Positions 19,663 to 29,131 of a DNA stretch of 64,000 nucleotides are shown in pieces. A program made the translations under genes and the position numbers. The DNA lies in NCBI GenBank assembly GCA_045643945.1, contig JAZRGA010000018.1:6774-70773 (forward strand). Direction: 5' to 3'. Origin of the DNA: Eubacteriales bacterium. Lineage in GTDB: Bacteria > Bacillota > Clostridia > Oscillospirales > CAG-272. A model generated the notes under the pieces. That model did no database searches and had not been told where the DNA came from. It saw only the letters and a list, made by a program, of their open reading frames with translations. The first letter of the stretch is position 1. Each line of letters begins with the position of its first letter.

Positions 19663-20925
19663 ATGCAATTATTTGGCGGACTTATCTCTATTAGCAATAT
19701 ATCAACACTTCTTCTCGTTATTTTCTCGGTTTTACTCGCAGGATATGCGCTTGGAAGAATAACTGTAAAAGGCATTTCACTTGGCGATGCAGGCGTATTT
19801 ATAGTAGCGCTTTTGTGCGGAGCATTATTCTTTGGAGTAAACGAAAGCGGCGCTCTTGTATTTGACGCATCGACAAAGCCTTACGATTTTTCGTCAGGAC
19901 TCTCAATAATCGAAAGCCTCGGACTTATCTTGTTCGTAACCTCTGTCGGATTTATCGCAGGACCGAAGTTTTTCGGCAATTTTAAGAGAAACTTTAAGTC
20001 CTACGTTTTGCTCGGAGTTATAATTATACTTGCGGGCGGACTTGCGGCTGTCGGATGCATCTATCTTGGTGAGCTTATAGGTTACGGCTCAACGATTACC
20101 GACCAAGACGGCTTTGTAGCGATGATAGTAGGCTTGCTTTCGGGCTCGCTTACCTCAACTCCTGCATTCTCTGCGGCAAAGGCTACCGTCGACCCGCAAT
20201 ATACGGGACTCGTTTCGGTTGGACACGGAATTGGTTACATCTTCGGTGTTATCGGAGTTGTTCTTTTCGTTCAAATCATTCCCAAGCTTTCAAAGGCTAA
20301 TATGGAGGAGGAAAGAGCAAAGCTTACCGTAGCGGCAACAGAAGAAAAGAAAGAATACAAGGGCAAGCTTTTCCACATCGACCATATGGGAATAGCAGGC
20401 TTCTCTCTTGCGGCTGTGCTTGGCGCATTTATCGGACAGATAAAAATACCGCTTTCGGCAGACGGCTTTAGCGGCACTTGCTTTTCCCTTACAACCACGG
20501 GCGGATGCTTGCTTGTAAGCTTAATTCTTGGACATTTCGGACGCTTTGGACGTGTTAGCATTATGCCAACGCAAAGCACGCTTAAGCTTTTCCGTGAGCT
20601 TGGACTCGTTCTCTTTCTCGTAGGAGCGGGAATTCCCGGAGGCGCAGAGTTTGTTGCAAACTTCGACCCGATGTACTTCGTTTACGGAATTTTAATGACC
20701 ATCGTTCCCTTGATAGTCGGATTTATCTTTGCGAAATACGTTCTTAAGCTCAGTCTTCTCAACAACCTCGGCTCTATTACAGGTGGTATGACAAGTACAC
20801 CCGCTCTCGGAACGCTAATTTCCACCGCAGGAACAGAGGACGTAGCGGCGTCATATGCGGCAACCTACCCCGTAGCGCTCATCGCAGTAGTTCTCGTTTC
20901 ACAGTTTATAGTAATTTTACTATAA
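19663..20925 (+). CDS. AAE-family (AspT/YidE/YbjL/SucE-like) transporter, short form; candidate dicarboxylate (succinate) exporter
   Basis: 420 aa. Two polytopic membrane halves joined by a short charged linker (KANMEEERAKLTVAATEEKKEYKG). Glycine-rich motifs GSLTSTPA and GGMTSTPALG are repeated in each half. Last gene of the operon. Confidence 0.55.
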   Translation: MQLFGGLISISNISTLLLVIFSVLLAGYALGRITVKGISLGDAGVFIVALLCGALFFGVNESGALVFDASTKPYDFSSGLSIIESLGLILFVTSVGFIAGPKFFGNFKRNFKSYVLLGVIIILAGGLAAVGCIYLGELIGYGSTITDQDGFVAMIVGLLSGSLTSTPAFSAAKATVDPQYTGLVSVGHGIGYIFGVIGVVLFVQIIPKLSKANMEEERAKLTVAATEEKKEYKGKLFHIDHMGIAGFSLAAVLGAFIGQIKIPLSADGFSGTCFSLTTTGGCLLVSLILGHFGRFGRVSIMPTQSTLKLFRELGLVLFLVGAGIPGGAEFVANFDPMYFVYGILMTIVPLIVGFIFAKYVLKLSLLNNLGSITGGMTSTPALGTLISTAGTEDVAASYAATYPVALIAVVLVSQFIVILL

Positions 20926-20956
20926 CGCAAGGTATTTATATAATAATGTAAAAAGC

Positions 20957-21000
20957 AACCGCTTTATTATCATTTTTCGGTGATAGTAAAGCGGTTTTTT
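20957..21000. terminator. Bidirectional rho-independent terminator between convergent genes
   Basis: AACCGCTTTATTATCA / TGATAGTAAAGCGGTT stem (one mismatch), flanked by an A-run upstream and a T-run downstream. Confidence 0.75.
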
Positions 21001-21014
21001 ATTATTTATTTTAT

Positions 21015-23738
21015 TTAATTTAAATTATCAAGAATTGCTTTAATTTCAAGCGCATTTTTTGAGTCTGCGCCCTCGGTTTCACTGTAATAGCGATACAAAA
21101 TTTTATATACACGGCTTGCTTTATTGTGTTCCTCGGTTTCAAGAAACAGCTTTGCCATATCCGTCAAAATTTCTAACACCTTACCGTTATAATCGGCAAG
21201 AAGCTGATTTGAAAAAGCCGCAATATCATTTTCCTCTATAAGCATAAAGCATACTCTGAAAAGCAAATCTACCGTTTCAAACGACTCGATACTCTCGCCG
21301 CCGTGAGCCTCACATTGGACAACGTATTTTTTAGCAATAAATCTAACTGCCATTCTGTAATTTTGTGAATTTACACTTATTGAAACTAAATTATTCAGCG
21401 TATTCATAGCCTCATTGGAGATATTTCCGAACACCTCGCATTGGTCCTTATATAAGAAGTCAAAGCATTCAATCGCTTCCTCGATTTTACCGAGCTTATA
21501 ATTCATAATAGCTATATCGTTTTTAGAAATCAAGGTATCCTTATGCTGCGCACCCAAATATGCGCGCCTAAGCTCACAAACCTGCTCCTGTATCATAAGC
21601 GCGGCGCTTATATTACCGTTATTAAATTCTTCAAGCGATTTATCGTTTATACGGTGAATATAAAATTCTATTTTCTTCTTAGCATCCTCGGCATGACCTG
21701 CATACTCGGGAATATCGCAGGTTGATTGATAGACTGTATCGAGCCATTTTATAGCGGCGGGATACCATTCGTTATTAGCGCATACCGTGGCAATAGTCTG
21801 CGCTATATTGACGTTTTCAATGCTCAGCTCACCAAATAGCCTTTCTCGACATTTATATAATTTTTCAAGTGAAGCAACTATAAGCTTATTATCTCCAAGC
21901 TCAACGCAAACTCCAAAATAATTTTCAAGCGTTGCAAGCATATCGGGGTGATTATAGCCTAACTTTTTTTCGGTAAGGTCTATTACCCTCTCATAAAGCG
22001 CATACGCCTTTTCAAAATCACCGAGATTTGAATAAATCATCGCTATCTCGTGCAAGGTATCCAAGGTGTGCGGATGGTCCTCACCGAACACTCTACGCTT
22101 TACCTCATACAACGGCTCGATAATTTGAAGCGCCTCACCGTATTCCTCAAGCTGTATTTTAAGAGAAGCGATATTACCCAAGCAAATCAAGGTGGTAGGA
22201 TGCTCATCTCCGAGAAGTGACTTTAAATCCTTATATAATTCCTCAAATATTTGCTCCGCTCTTTCAACGTCCCCTGCGCTACGGTATATCATCGCAAGAT
22301 TGTTAAGAGCAGTAAAGGTATCGGCATCCTCCGAGCCGAAAGCCGTAATATAAAATTTAACGACGTCCTCTTGAAGCTCTATCGCCCTTTCGTAATCGCC
22401 TAACTCACATAAAACAGAGCTAAGCTGATTAGAAAAATATTTTATCATTAAATTAGAGGTATTCTTATCGATAATTTCTTTTGAAATATCGAATCCCCTC
22501 TCGCAGATAGGTAATGCGGATTTAAAATCCCCCAGACTCATATACATATCGGCAATCTTAATTCTTGACGCAAGCGCTCCTAAGCCACTCTCGCCCTCAA
22601 GCTCGGTATAATACTCCAGCTCTTTTTTTGCAAGCTCAAGCGCCTTACCGTAATTTAGCGGAACGTGCGTTCCGTTACTGTAAAACTCATAAAGCGAGTC
22701 GATTGCCGAAATATCGCCCCCCTCTGCCGCCTCCTCTATAAGAGCAATCCCACGCTCTCTGTTTATCTCAACGTCAACGCCCTCAAGATACGCAAGCCCT
22801 ATCAAATACTTATGCTCGGGAGAATTATTTTCCTGAGCGCCGATAAATCCGTCAAGAAGCTCTTGTAATTTTCCGTCAAGCAAATCGCTGTCCTCAGGGT
22901 CGATACATTCCGGAATATTTAAATAGCTTTCCTTAAGCGCGACTTTATCGGTTTTCACCATTTCCGCAGGAAGAATAGGCATATTTGCTCCGAGCGCTCT
23001 CGGATATTCCTCGTTCATTACGTAATTTGACCCCTCAAGAATATTAGGTGTAACCAAAAGCGCAAAAAGAGCGCTTTCCTTCATCATTTTTTCAATATTT
23101 TCCTGAAAGCTCTCTCCGGGAGTCAAAAATTCGTCGTACCATATAGCGATATCTCTGTATTTCTTGTTTTTATGGATAAGACGCATAAGCTCGTTTGCGT
23201 ATTTTCTATCCTTTTTTCGATAGCTTAGGAAAATATAAGCCTCGAATGCCGCCCGTATTTTTTTTGCGGTTTCGTTTGAAATAAGCATAGCCGAAAGATA
23301 TTTTTTCAGCTTTTCCTCATAGCTTATTTCGGTCGGATCGTCCGAATCACGGTTTAAATACTGAATCTCACCGAACGCCTCGGGACGAGAATACGGTATA
23401 TCTATCCCACGTTCAAGCATAATCGGCAAGATGGGAATATGATGTTCCTTTGCATAGGCGATATCAACGCTCATAGCGCGGCTTTCTTCAGTCAAAAGCT
23501 TAAGAGTAATCGGAACAACGAACAAATTATATCTTCCAAGCTCGATATCGATTTCCTCGGGAGAAAAAGGCGCTATCATACTCTCGGTATAATAAATAGC
23601 GCAATCCCGCGTTGCAAAAATATCCTTGCATATCATTTGGAAGCACGCCTCAAAATCCTTTGAATGACAGGTAAAATAAACTCTCGGCTTTCCGTTTGGA
23701 GAGGAATTACCGCGTGTTACATACTTAATCTGCGACAT
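21015..23738 (-). CDS. TIR-domain protein with Sel1-like and TPR repeat array
   Basis: 907 aa. The TIR-like block is YIFLSYRKKDRKYANEL...IAIWYDEF...ALFALLVTPN...SNYVMNEE, preceded by a second TIR-like/DUF1863-like N-terminal domain (PRVYFTCHSKD...NLFVVPIT). Sel1-like YLIGLAYLEGVDV follows, then more than 10 TPR-like units (e.g. LNNLAMIYRSAGDVERAEQIFEEL). Confidence 0.65.
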   Translation of the reverse strand: MSQIKYVTRGNSSPNGKPRVYFTCHSKDFEACFQMICKDIFATRDCAIYYTESMIAPFSPEEIDIELGRYNLFVVPITLKLLTEESRAMSVDIAYAKEHHIPILPIMLERGIDIPYSRPEAFGEIQYLNRDSDDPTEISYEEKLKKYLSAMLISNETAKKIRAAFEAYIFLSYRKKDRKYANELMRLIHKNKKYRDIAIWYDEFLTPGESFQENIEKMMKESALFALLVTPNILEGSNYVMNEEYPRALGANMPILPAEMVKTDKVALKESYLNIPECIDPEDSDLLDGKLQELLDGFIGAQENNSPEHKYLIGLAYLEGVDVEINRERGIALIEEAAEGGDISAIDSLYEFYSNGTHVPLNYGKALELAKKELEYYTELEGESGLGALASRIKIADMYMSLGDFKSALPICERGFDISKEIIDKNTSNLMIKYFSNQLSSVLCELGDYERAIELQEDVVKFYITAFGSEDADTFTALNNLAMIYRSAGDVERAEQIFEELYKDLKSLLGDEHPTTLICLGNIASLKIQLEEYGEALQIIEPLYEVKRRVFGEDHPHTLDTLHEIAMIYSNLGDFEKAYALYERVIDLTEKKLGYNHPDMLATLENYFGVCVELGDNKLIVASLEKLYKCRERLFGELSIENVNIAQTIATVCANNEWYPAAIKWLDTVYQSTCDIPEYAGHAEDAKKKIEFYIHRINDKSLEEFNNGNISAALMIQEQVCELRRAYLGAQHKDTLISKNDIAIMNYKLGKIEEAIECFDFLYKDQCEVFGNISNEAMNTLNNLVSISVNSQNYRMAVRFIAKKYVVQCEAHGGESIESFETVDLLFRVCFMLIEENDIAAFSNQLLADYNGKVLEILTDMAKLFLETEEHNKASRVYKILYRYYSETEGADSKNALEIKAILDNLN

Positions 23739-23924
23739 TTTTTGTTTTCCTTTCTATCAAATATTTTTAAATTTTTTAAGCGAATATTCTTAATAAAGCT
23801 CTTTCATTTACAGTATATCACAAGTTTTTTATCACTTCAATACAACTTTTCCATTTTTTCATAAAAATCAATAAATTTTAGGAAAAATCCTTTTCTGCGC
23901 AGGCTTTTTTGCCTTCTTTAAGTG

Positions 23925-23953
23925 TTGACAAAAGGTTTAATGTGTGATACAAT
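23925..23953 (+). promoter_or_regulatory. Sigma-70-type promoter for ileS
   Basis: TTGACA (23925-23930), 17-nt spacer, TACAAT (23948-23953). Confidence 0.6.
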
Positions 23954-24019
23954 AATATAGATAATATCAAAATATAAATATGATAATTATAACATTAAAA
24001 AATATAGGAGTAATGCTTT

Positions 24020-27000
24020 ATGAAGTATTCTGAATTGTCTTCAAAGCCCGATTTTTCCGAAATTCATGCCGAAACAGAAAAATTCTGGTCTGAAAACAAA
24101 ATTTTCGAAAAGTCGGTAGAAAAAAACGCCGATAACGAGGTTGTATTCTACGACGGCCCTCCATTCCCGACGGGTAAGCCTCACCACGGTACGGTTCTCG
24201 TATCCTTTATTAAGGATATGATTGCAAGATACCAGACTATGAAGGGTCATAGCGTGCCCAGAGTTTGGGGTTGGGACTGTCACGGTCTTCCCATTGAAAA
24301 TCAAGCCGAGGCCCTTATGGGAATTACCGATAAAAACGAGATTGAGGACTCTATCGGTATCGACAAATTCAATGAAAAGTGCTTTGAAATAGTATCAAGC
24401 AACAACGAATCTTGGCGCGATTATATCCGTCAGATGGCACGTTGGGTTGACTATGATAACGCATATAAAACTATGCACCCCTCCTTTATGGAGAGCGTTA
24501 TGTGGGCGTTCAAGACCTGCCACGATAAGGGTCTTATTTACAAGGATTACCGTGTAACTCCCTACTGTACGCACTGCGAAACCTCCCTCTCTATCTCGGA
24601 CACCAGAGAATCCGACTCTACCCGTCCCCGTCAGGACAGATGGGTGGTAGTTAAGTTCAAGACTGCTGACGTTATCGACGGCAAGCCCGTTTATTTGCTT
24701 GCTTGGACAACCACTCCTTGGACACTTCCCTCTAATATGTGTCTTGCAGTCGGAGCTTCTCTTACCTACGCTTACGTTGAGGTAGAAAACGAGATATTCG
24801 TTGCGGGCAAGGAAACGCTTGCTAACTTTGAAAAGGTATTTGGCAAAGAGCCTAAGATAATCAAGGAATGCCTCGGCGCAGACCTTGTAGGAAAGTCCTA
24901 CGAGCCTTTGTTTAACTATTTTGAGGGCGAAAAGGCGGCTCACCCCTCGGTATTTACCGTTGTTACCGCAGACTACGTTGGCTCTGAGGAGGGTGTTGGT
25001 ATAGTTCATACCGCTCCCGCATTCGGTGAGGATGACTACTGGACCTGCAAGAACAATCAAGTTCCGCTTGTTAACCCCGTAGACGCAAAGGGTAGATTTA
25101 CCCCCGACGTTACCGACTTCTATCCGCTTCAGGGTGAGAAGAACGTTATCGAAATGAATCCCATCGTTATTCGCTTCCTTTATGAAAACGGAAAAGCGGT
25201 TACCGACGGAACTATCGAGCATAACTATCCTCACTGCTGGCGTTGTAAGCGTCCTCTTATCTACAAGGCTATGGATGCTTATTACTTCGATATCGGTAAA
25301 ATCAAAAACCGCTTAATAGAGCTTAACGAGGGCATCAACTGGATTCCCGAAACCGTTAAGCACGGACGCTTCGGTAACTGGCTTGACGGCGCTCGCGACT
25401 GGAACATATCGCGTAACCGTTATTGGAGTACGCCTATTCCGATTTGGAAGTGTGAGGACGAGGGCTGCGACCATCAAGAGGTTCTCGGCAGCATCGAGGA
25501 AATCTATCAGAGATCGGGCGTAAGACTCACCGACCTCCACAGACAGTTTATGGACGAGGTTACCTTTACCTGTCCCAAGTGCGGCAAGACTATGCGCCGT
25601 ATTCCCGAGGTTCTTGACTGTTGGTTTGAAAGCGGAAGCGTTCCCTTTGCTCAAAAGCACTATCCCTTTGAAAATAAGGATTGGTTTGACAGTCACTTCC
25701 CGTCAGACTTTATCGTTGAATATACAGGTCAGATACGTTGCTGGTTCTACTACCTCCACGTTCTTGCCGTTGCTCTCTTTGACCGTCCCGCATTCCAGAA
25801 CTGCGTAGTTCACGGAACAATACTTGCTAAGGACGGTAAGAAGCTTTCCAAGTCCTCAAAGAACTACACCGACCCGATGGAGCTTATGCAGAAGTACGGC
25901 ACGGACGCATTCCGCTTGTACCTCTATCAGACAAACGCTATGCTCATAGGCGACCTTCTCTTTGACGATAACGGAATAGTTGATTCCTATCAGCAGCTTA
26001 TTCTTCCCTTCTGGAACGCTTGTAACTTCTATATCTCCTATGCAAATATAGACGATTACCGACCCGATGCTAATATCCTCCCCAAGAGCGATAATCAGCT
26101 TGATAAGTGGGTACTTGCAAAGCTTTACCAGACCGAGAAGGCTATCACCGAAAATATGGATAACTACCAGATCAACCATTTCGTTGAGCATTTGCTCTCC
26201 TTGGTTGACGGTATAACCAACTGGTACATTCGCCGCTCGAGAAGAAGATTCTGGACAACAGGTCTTACCGAGGACAAGAAGCAGGCGTACGATACGCTTT
26301 ACTACGTTCTCGTTAACACCGCAAAGCTCTTTGCCCCCGTTGCTCCTATAATCTCCGAGAAGATATACAAGATACTTACCGACGATTACTCGGTTCACCT
26401 TGCAGATTGGCCTACTATCCCCGAGGAATTTAAGAACGAGGAGCTTGTTGCAAGCATTGATCTCGTTCAGGATATTATTTCTCTTGCACGCTCTATCCGT
26501 AACAAGAACAGAGTTAAGAACCGTCAGCCCTTAAGTGAGCTTAAGCTTGCGGTTTCCGATTCGAGCCGTCTTGCAAGCATTTCCGAGTTCACCGACGTTA
26601 TCGCCGAGGAGCTTAACGTAAAGCAGGTCGTTCTTGCAGAGGACGTAAGCGCTATCGCTACCGTTAAGTGCGATCCTAACTTTAACGAGATACGCAACCG
26701 TTATCCCACTCGCATTCCCGATATCATTAAGGCGGTTAAATCCAACAAGTATCGCATTGAGGGCGATTTTGCAATACTTAACATAAACGGAAATGAGGAA
26801 AGCTTTGATAAGGCAATCATCCTTGTAACCTATATTGCAAAGGAAGGACTTTTCGTAGCAAGCCAGAACGGTATAGTAGTATCCCTCGACCTCACAATTA
26901 CCGATGAGCTTCGTGCAGAGGGTGTTGCGCGTGAAATCGTTCGTAACATTCAGGATACGAGAAAGAAGATAGGCTATGAGATAATGGATAAGATTATGAT

Positions 27001-27157
27001 CTACTCCACAAGCACCGAAGCCTTCCCCACAGAATGGACAGATTATATCTGCTCCGAAACTATGGGTATGTACGGAGAGGTAAGCGATCCCGATGCTACC
27101 ATTAAGGTCGCTATCGACGATGATAAGATTATTGAAATCTTAATCAAAAAAGCTTAA
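24020..27157 (+). CDS. ileS: Isoleucine--tRNA ligase, type 2
   Basis: 1045 aa with PPFPTGKPHHGT (HIGH region), KLSKSSKN (KMSKS) and WDCHGLP. Length and termini fit type-2 IleRS. Confidence 0.9.
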   Translation: MKYSELSSKPDFSEIHAETEKFWSENKIFEKSVEKNADNEVVFYDGPPFPTGKPHHGTVLVSFIKDMIARYQTMKGHSVPRVWGWDCHGLPIENQAEALMGITDKNEIEDSIGIDKFNEKCFEIVSSNNESWRDYIRQMARWVDYDNAYKTMHPSFMESVMWAFKTCHDKGLIYKDYRVTPYCTHCETSLSISDTRESDSTRPRQDRWVVVKFKTADVIDGKPVYLLAWTTTPWTLPSNMCLAVGASLTYAYVEVENEIFVAGKETLANFEKVFGKEPKIIKECLGADLVGKSYEPLFNYFEGEKAAHPSVFTVVTADYVGSEEGVGIVHTAPAFGEDDYWTCKNNQVPLVNPVDAKGRFTPDVTDFYPLQGEKNVIEMNPIVIRFLYENGKAVTDGTIEHNYPHCWRCKRPLIYKAMDAYYFDIGKIKNRLIELNEGINWIPETVKHGRFGNWLDGARDWNISRNRYWSTPIPIWKCEDEGCDHQEVLGSIEEIYQRSGVRLTDLHRQFMDEVTFTCPKCGKTMRRIPEVLDCWFESGSVPFAQKHYPFENKDWFDSHFPSDFIVEYTGQIRCWFYYLHVLAVALFDRPAFQNCVVHGTILAKDGKKLSKSSKNYTDPMELMQKYGTDAFRLYLYQTNAMLIGDLLFDDNGIVDSYQQLILPFWNACNFYISYANIDDYRPDANILPKSDNQLDKWVLAKLYQTEKAITENMDNYQINHFVEHLLSLVDGITNWYIRRSRRRFWTTGLTEDKKQAYDTLYYVLVNTAKLFAPVAPIISEKIYKILTDDYSVHLADWPTIPEEFKNEELVASIDLVQDIISLARSIRNKNRVKNRQPLSELKLAVSDSSRLASISEFTDVIAEELNVKQVVLAEDVSAIATVKCDPNFNEIRNRYPTRIPDIIKAVKSNKYRIEGDFAILNINGNEESFDKAIILVTYIAKEGLFVASQNGIVVSLDLTITDELRAEGVAREIVRNIQDTRKKIGYEIMDKIMIYSTSTEAFPTEWTDYICSETMGMYGEVSDPDATIKVAIDDDKIIEILIKKA

Positions 27158-27176
27158 AATCCTTTAAAACAGAAAC

Positions 27177-27211
27177 GAGCAGCTGCTCCCATAACGGGCG
27201 CAGCTGCTTTT
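27177..27211 (+). terminator. Rho-independent terminator of ileS
   Basis: GCAGCTGC ... GCAGCTGC stem (27179-27186 / 27200-27207) followed by TTTT. Confidence 0.75.
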
Positions 27212-27368
27212 AATTTATTATATTAAATTTAATTAATCAAATTGATACAGAATATATATGCCTACCGCTCCGATACAAATTAAAATACGCATAAAATAAT
27301 ATTTAATTGATATCAATTTCGCATAATTCCTTCAAATAGTCAAGACATATTATTACAACGCTAAGGGA

Positions 27369-27397
27369 TTGACAAAAATACCCTTACATAGTATAAT
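27369..27397 (+). promoter_or_regulatory. Sigma-70-type promoter for the hexosaminidase gene
   Basis: TTGACA (27369-27374), 17-nt spacer, TATAAT (27392-27397), 30 nt upstream of the ATG at 27427. Confidence 0.6.
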
Positions 27398-27426
27398 TAA
27401 TACATAACTAAAAGGAGCATTCTGCT

Positions 27427-29061
27427 ATGAAACAAACGAACAATTCTTACCGCACGCTCGGTGTTATGATAGATATGTCACGAAATGCCGTTATGAGCCT
27501 CGACGGTCTTAAGCGCTTTTTGCCACTGCTAAAAAAAATGGGCTACAACTGCGTTATGCTTTATACCGAGGATACCTATGAGGTCGATAACGAGCCATAT
27601 TTTGGATATATGAGAGGACGCTACACTAAGGAGGAAATGAAGGAAATCGACGCCTTTGCCGCATCGCTCGGTATATCGGTTATCCCTTGTATTCAAACCC
27701 TTGCGCATCTTAACGCAATATTCAGATGGAAAAAATTTCCCAACGATTGCGACGATATTTTGCTGACAGATGACGAGCGCACCTACGAGCTTATCGAAAA
27801 TATGCTTTCTACCCTTTCGGAATGCTTCACCTCACGCAAAATACATATCGGCATGGATGAGGCTAATATGCTCGGCAGAGGTAGACATCTTGATAAGCAC
27901 GGATACGAAACCGTTAACGCAATAATGAAGCGCCACCTTGAAAGAATTTGCGAAATAGCAAAAAAATATGACTACGAGCTTATGGTTTGGTCGGATATGT
28001 TCTTCCGTCCGTGGAATAACGGTGAATACGTAATACCTAAAAAGGAAATTCCAAAGGAGGTAATAGACTCTCTGCCAAGCTCGGTAATACCCGTTTATTG
28101 GGACTATTATCAAAGTAAGATATCTGTCTATGACGATATGCTTGAAAATCATAAGCAGCTATCCAACAAGACATGGTTTGCGGGGGGCGCTTGGTCATGG
28201 CTTGGATTTGTTCCATTCAATCAATTCACCTTAAAAACAATGATTCCCGCGCTTCACGCCTGCAAGGAGCATCAAATTAAGGATATAATCTTTACAATGT
28301 GGGGCGATGATGGAGCGGAATGCTCGCATTTCTCACAGCTCCCCTCTCTATTTTACCTTGCCGAATATGCAAAGGGAAATACCGACGAGGCAAGCATAAA
28401 AGCAAAATTCAAGAAATTCTGCGGAATAGACTTCGATGAATTTATGCAAATCGACTGCCCGAATAATATTATCGAGCATAACGGTATGCCTGCAAACCCC
28501 TCAAAATATATGCTCTATTCCGATTGCTTTAACGATTATTTAGACTATACGGTAACAGAGGGCGTGGGTGAAAAGTATAAGGAATACGCAAAAGCGCTCC
28601 ACGAAACGGCAAGAAAAAGCCTTAAATACCGATATGTATTTGATACCGCGGCAAAGCTTTGCGAGGTTTTGGAAATCAAATACGAATTAGGCTTGCGAAC
28701 ACGAAAAGCGTATGAGGCGGGCGATAAGACCGAGTTAAAACGTCTTGCGGAAAATGAATATGCAGAGGTTAAAAAACGTCTTTCGGTGTTTATTAGAGCC
28801 TTTGAAAAACAATGGATGAGGGATAACAAGCCTCACGGATTTGACGTTCAGGAAATGCGACTGGGCGCACTTCTTTACCGCATAGACTCCTGCCGACGTC
28901 GAATTTTAAGCTACGCAAACGGCAAAATCGATAGAATAGAGGAGCTTGATGAGAAGCTGCTCCCTTATAAGAAGAAAAACTCGATTTTCCAGTTTAATCA
29001 AGCCCCCATAACCGCAACGGTAAATACTATACACCATAATCATAATAGCCCGACAGAGTAA
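27427..29061 (+). CDS. Glycoside hydrolase family 20-like beta-N-acetylhexosaminidase (intracellular)
   Basis: 544 aa with GVMIDMSRNAV, GYNCVMLYTEDTYEV and IHIGMDEA (H-x-G-x-D-E catalytic pair region). No signal peptide. Confidence 0.65.
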   Translation: MKQTNNSYRTLGVMIDMSRNAVMSLDGLKRFLPLLKKMGYNCVMLYTEDTYEVDNEPYFGYMRGRYTKEEMKEIDAFAASLGISVIPCIQTLAHLNAIFRWKKFPNDCDDILLTDDERTYELIENMLSTLSECFTSRKIHIGMDEANMLGRGRHLDKHGYETVNAIMKRHLERICEIAKKYDYELMVWSDMFFRPWNNGEYVIPKKEIPKEVIDSLPSSVIPVYWDYYQSKISVYDDMLENHKQLSNKTWFAGGAWSWLGFVPFNQFTLKTMIPALHACKEHQIKDIIFTMWGDDGAECSHFSQLPSLFYLAEYAKGNTDEASIKAKFKKFCGIDFDEFMQIDCPNNIIEHNGMPANPSKYMLYSDCFNDYLDYTVTEGVGEKYKEYAKALHETARKSLKYRYVFDTAAKLCEVLEIKYELGLRTRKAYEAGDKTELKRLAENEYAEVKKRLSVFIRAFEKQWMRDNKPHGFDVQEMRLGALLYRIDSCRRRILSYANGKIDRIEELDEKLLPYKKKNSIFQFNQAPITATVNTIHHNHNSPTE

Positions 29062-29131
29062 TTTTATCGGCATAATCGCTATAATTAAATCACACTCTTA
29101 AAAAAATAAATTAACGGAGAAGGTAAACGGT

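Noticed and set aside
23864-24019. T-box leader upstream of ileS (and of cysS at 58778..58928)
   Set aside because: Firmicute aaRS genes often have ~200-300 nt T-box leaders. Here the predicted promoter is only ~65 nt from the ileS ATG. Neither leader contains a T-box consensus (..TGGNACCGCG..) or a terminator/antiterminator pair.
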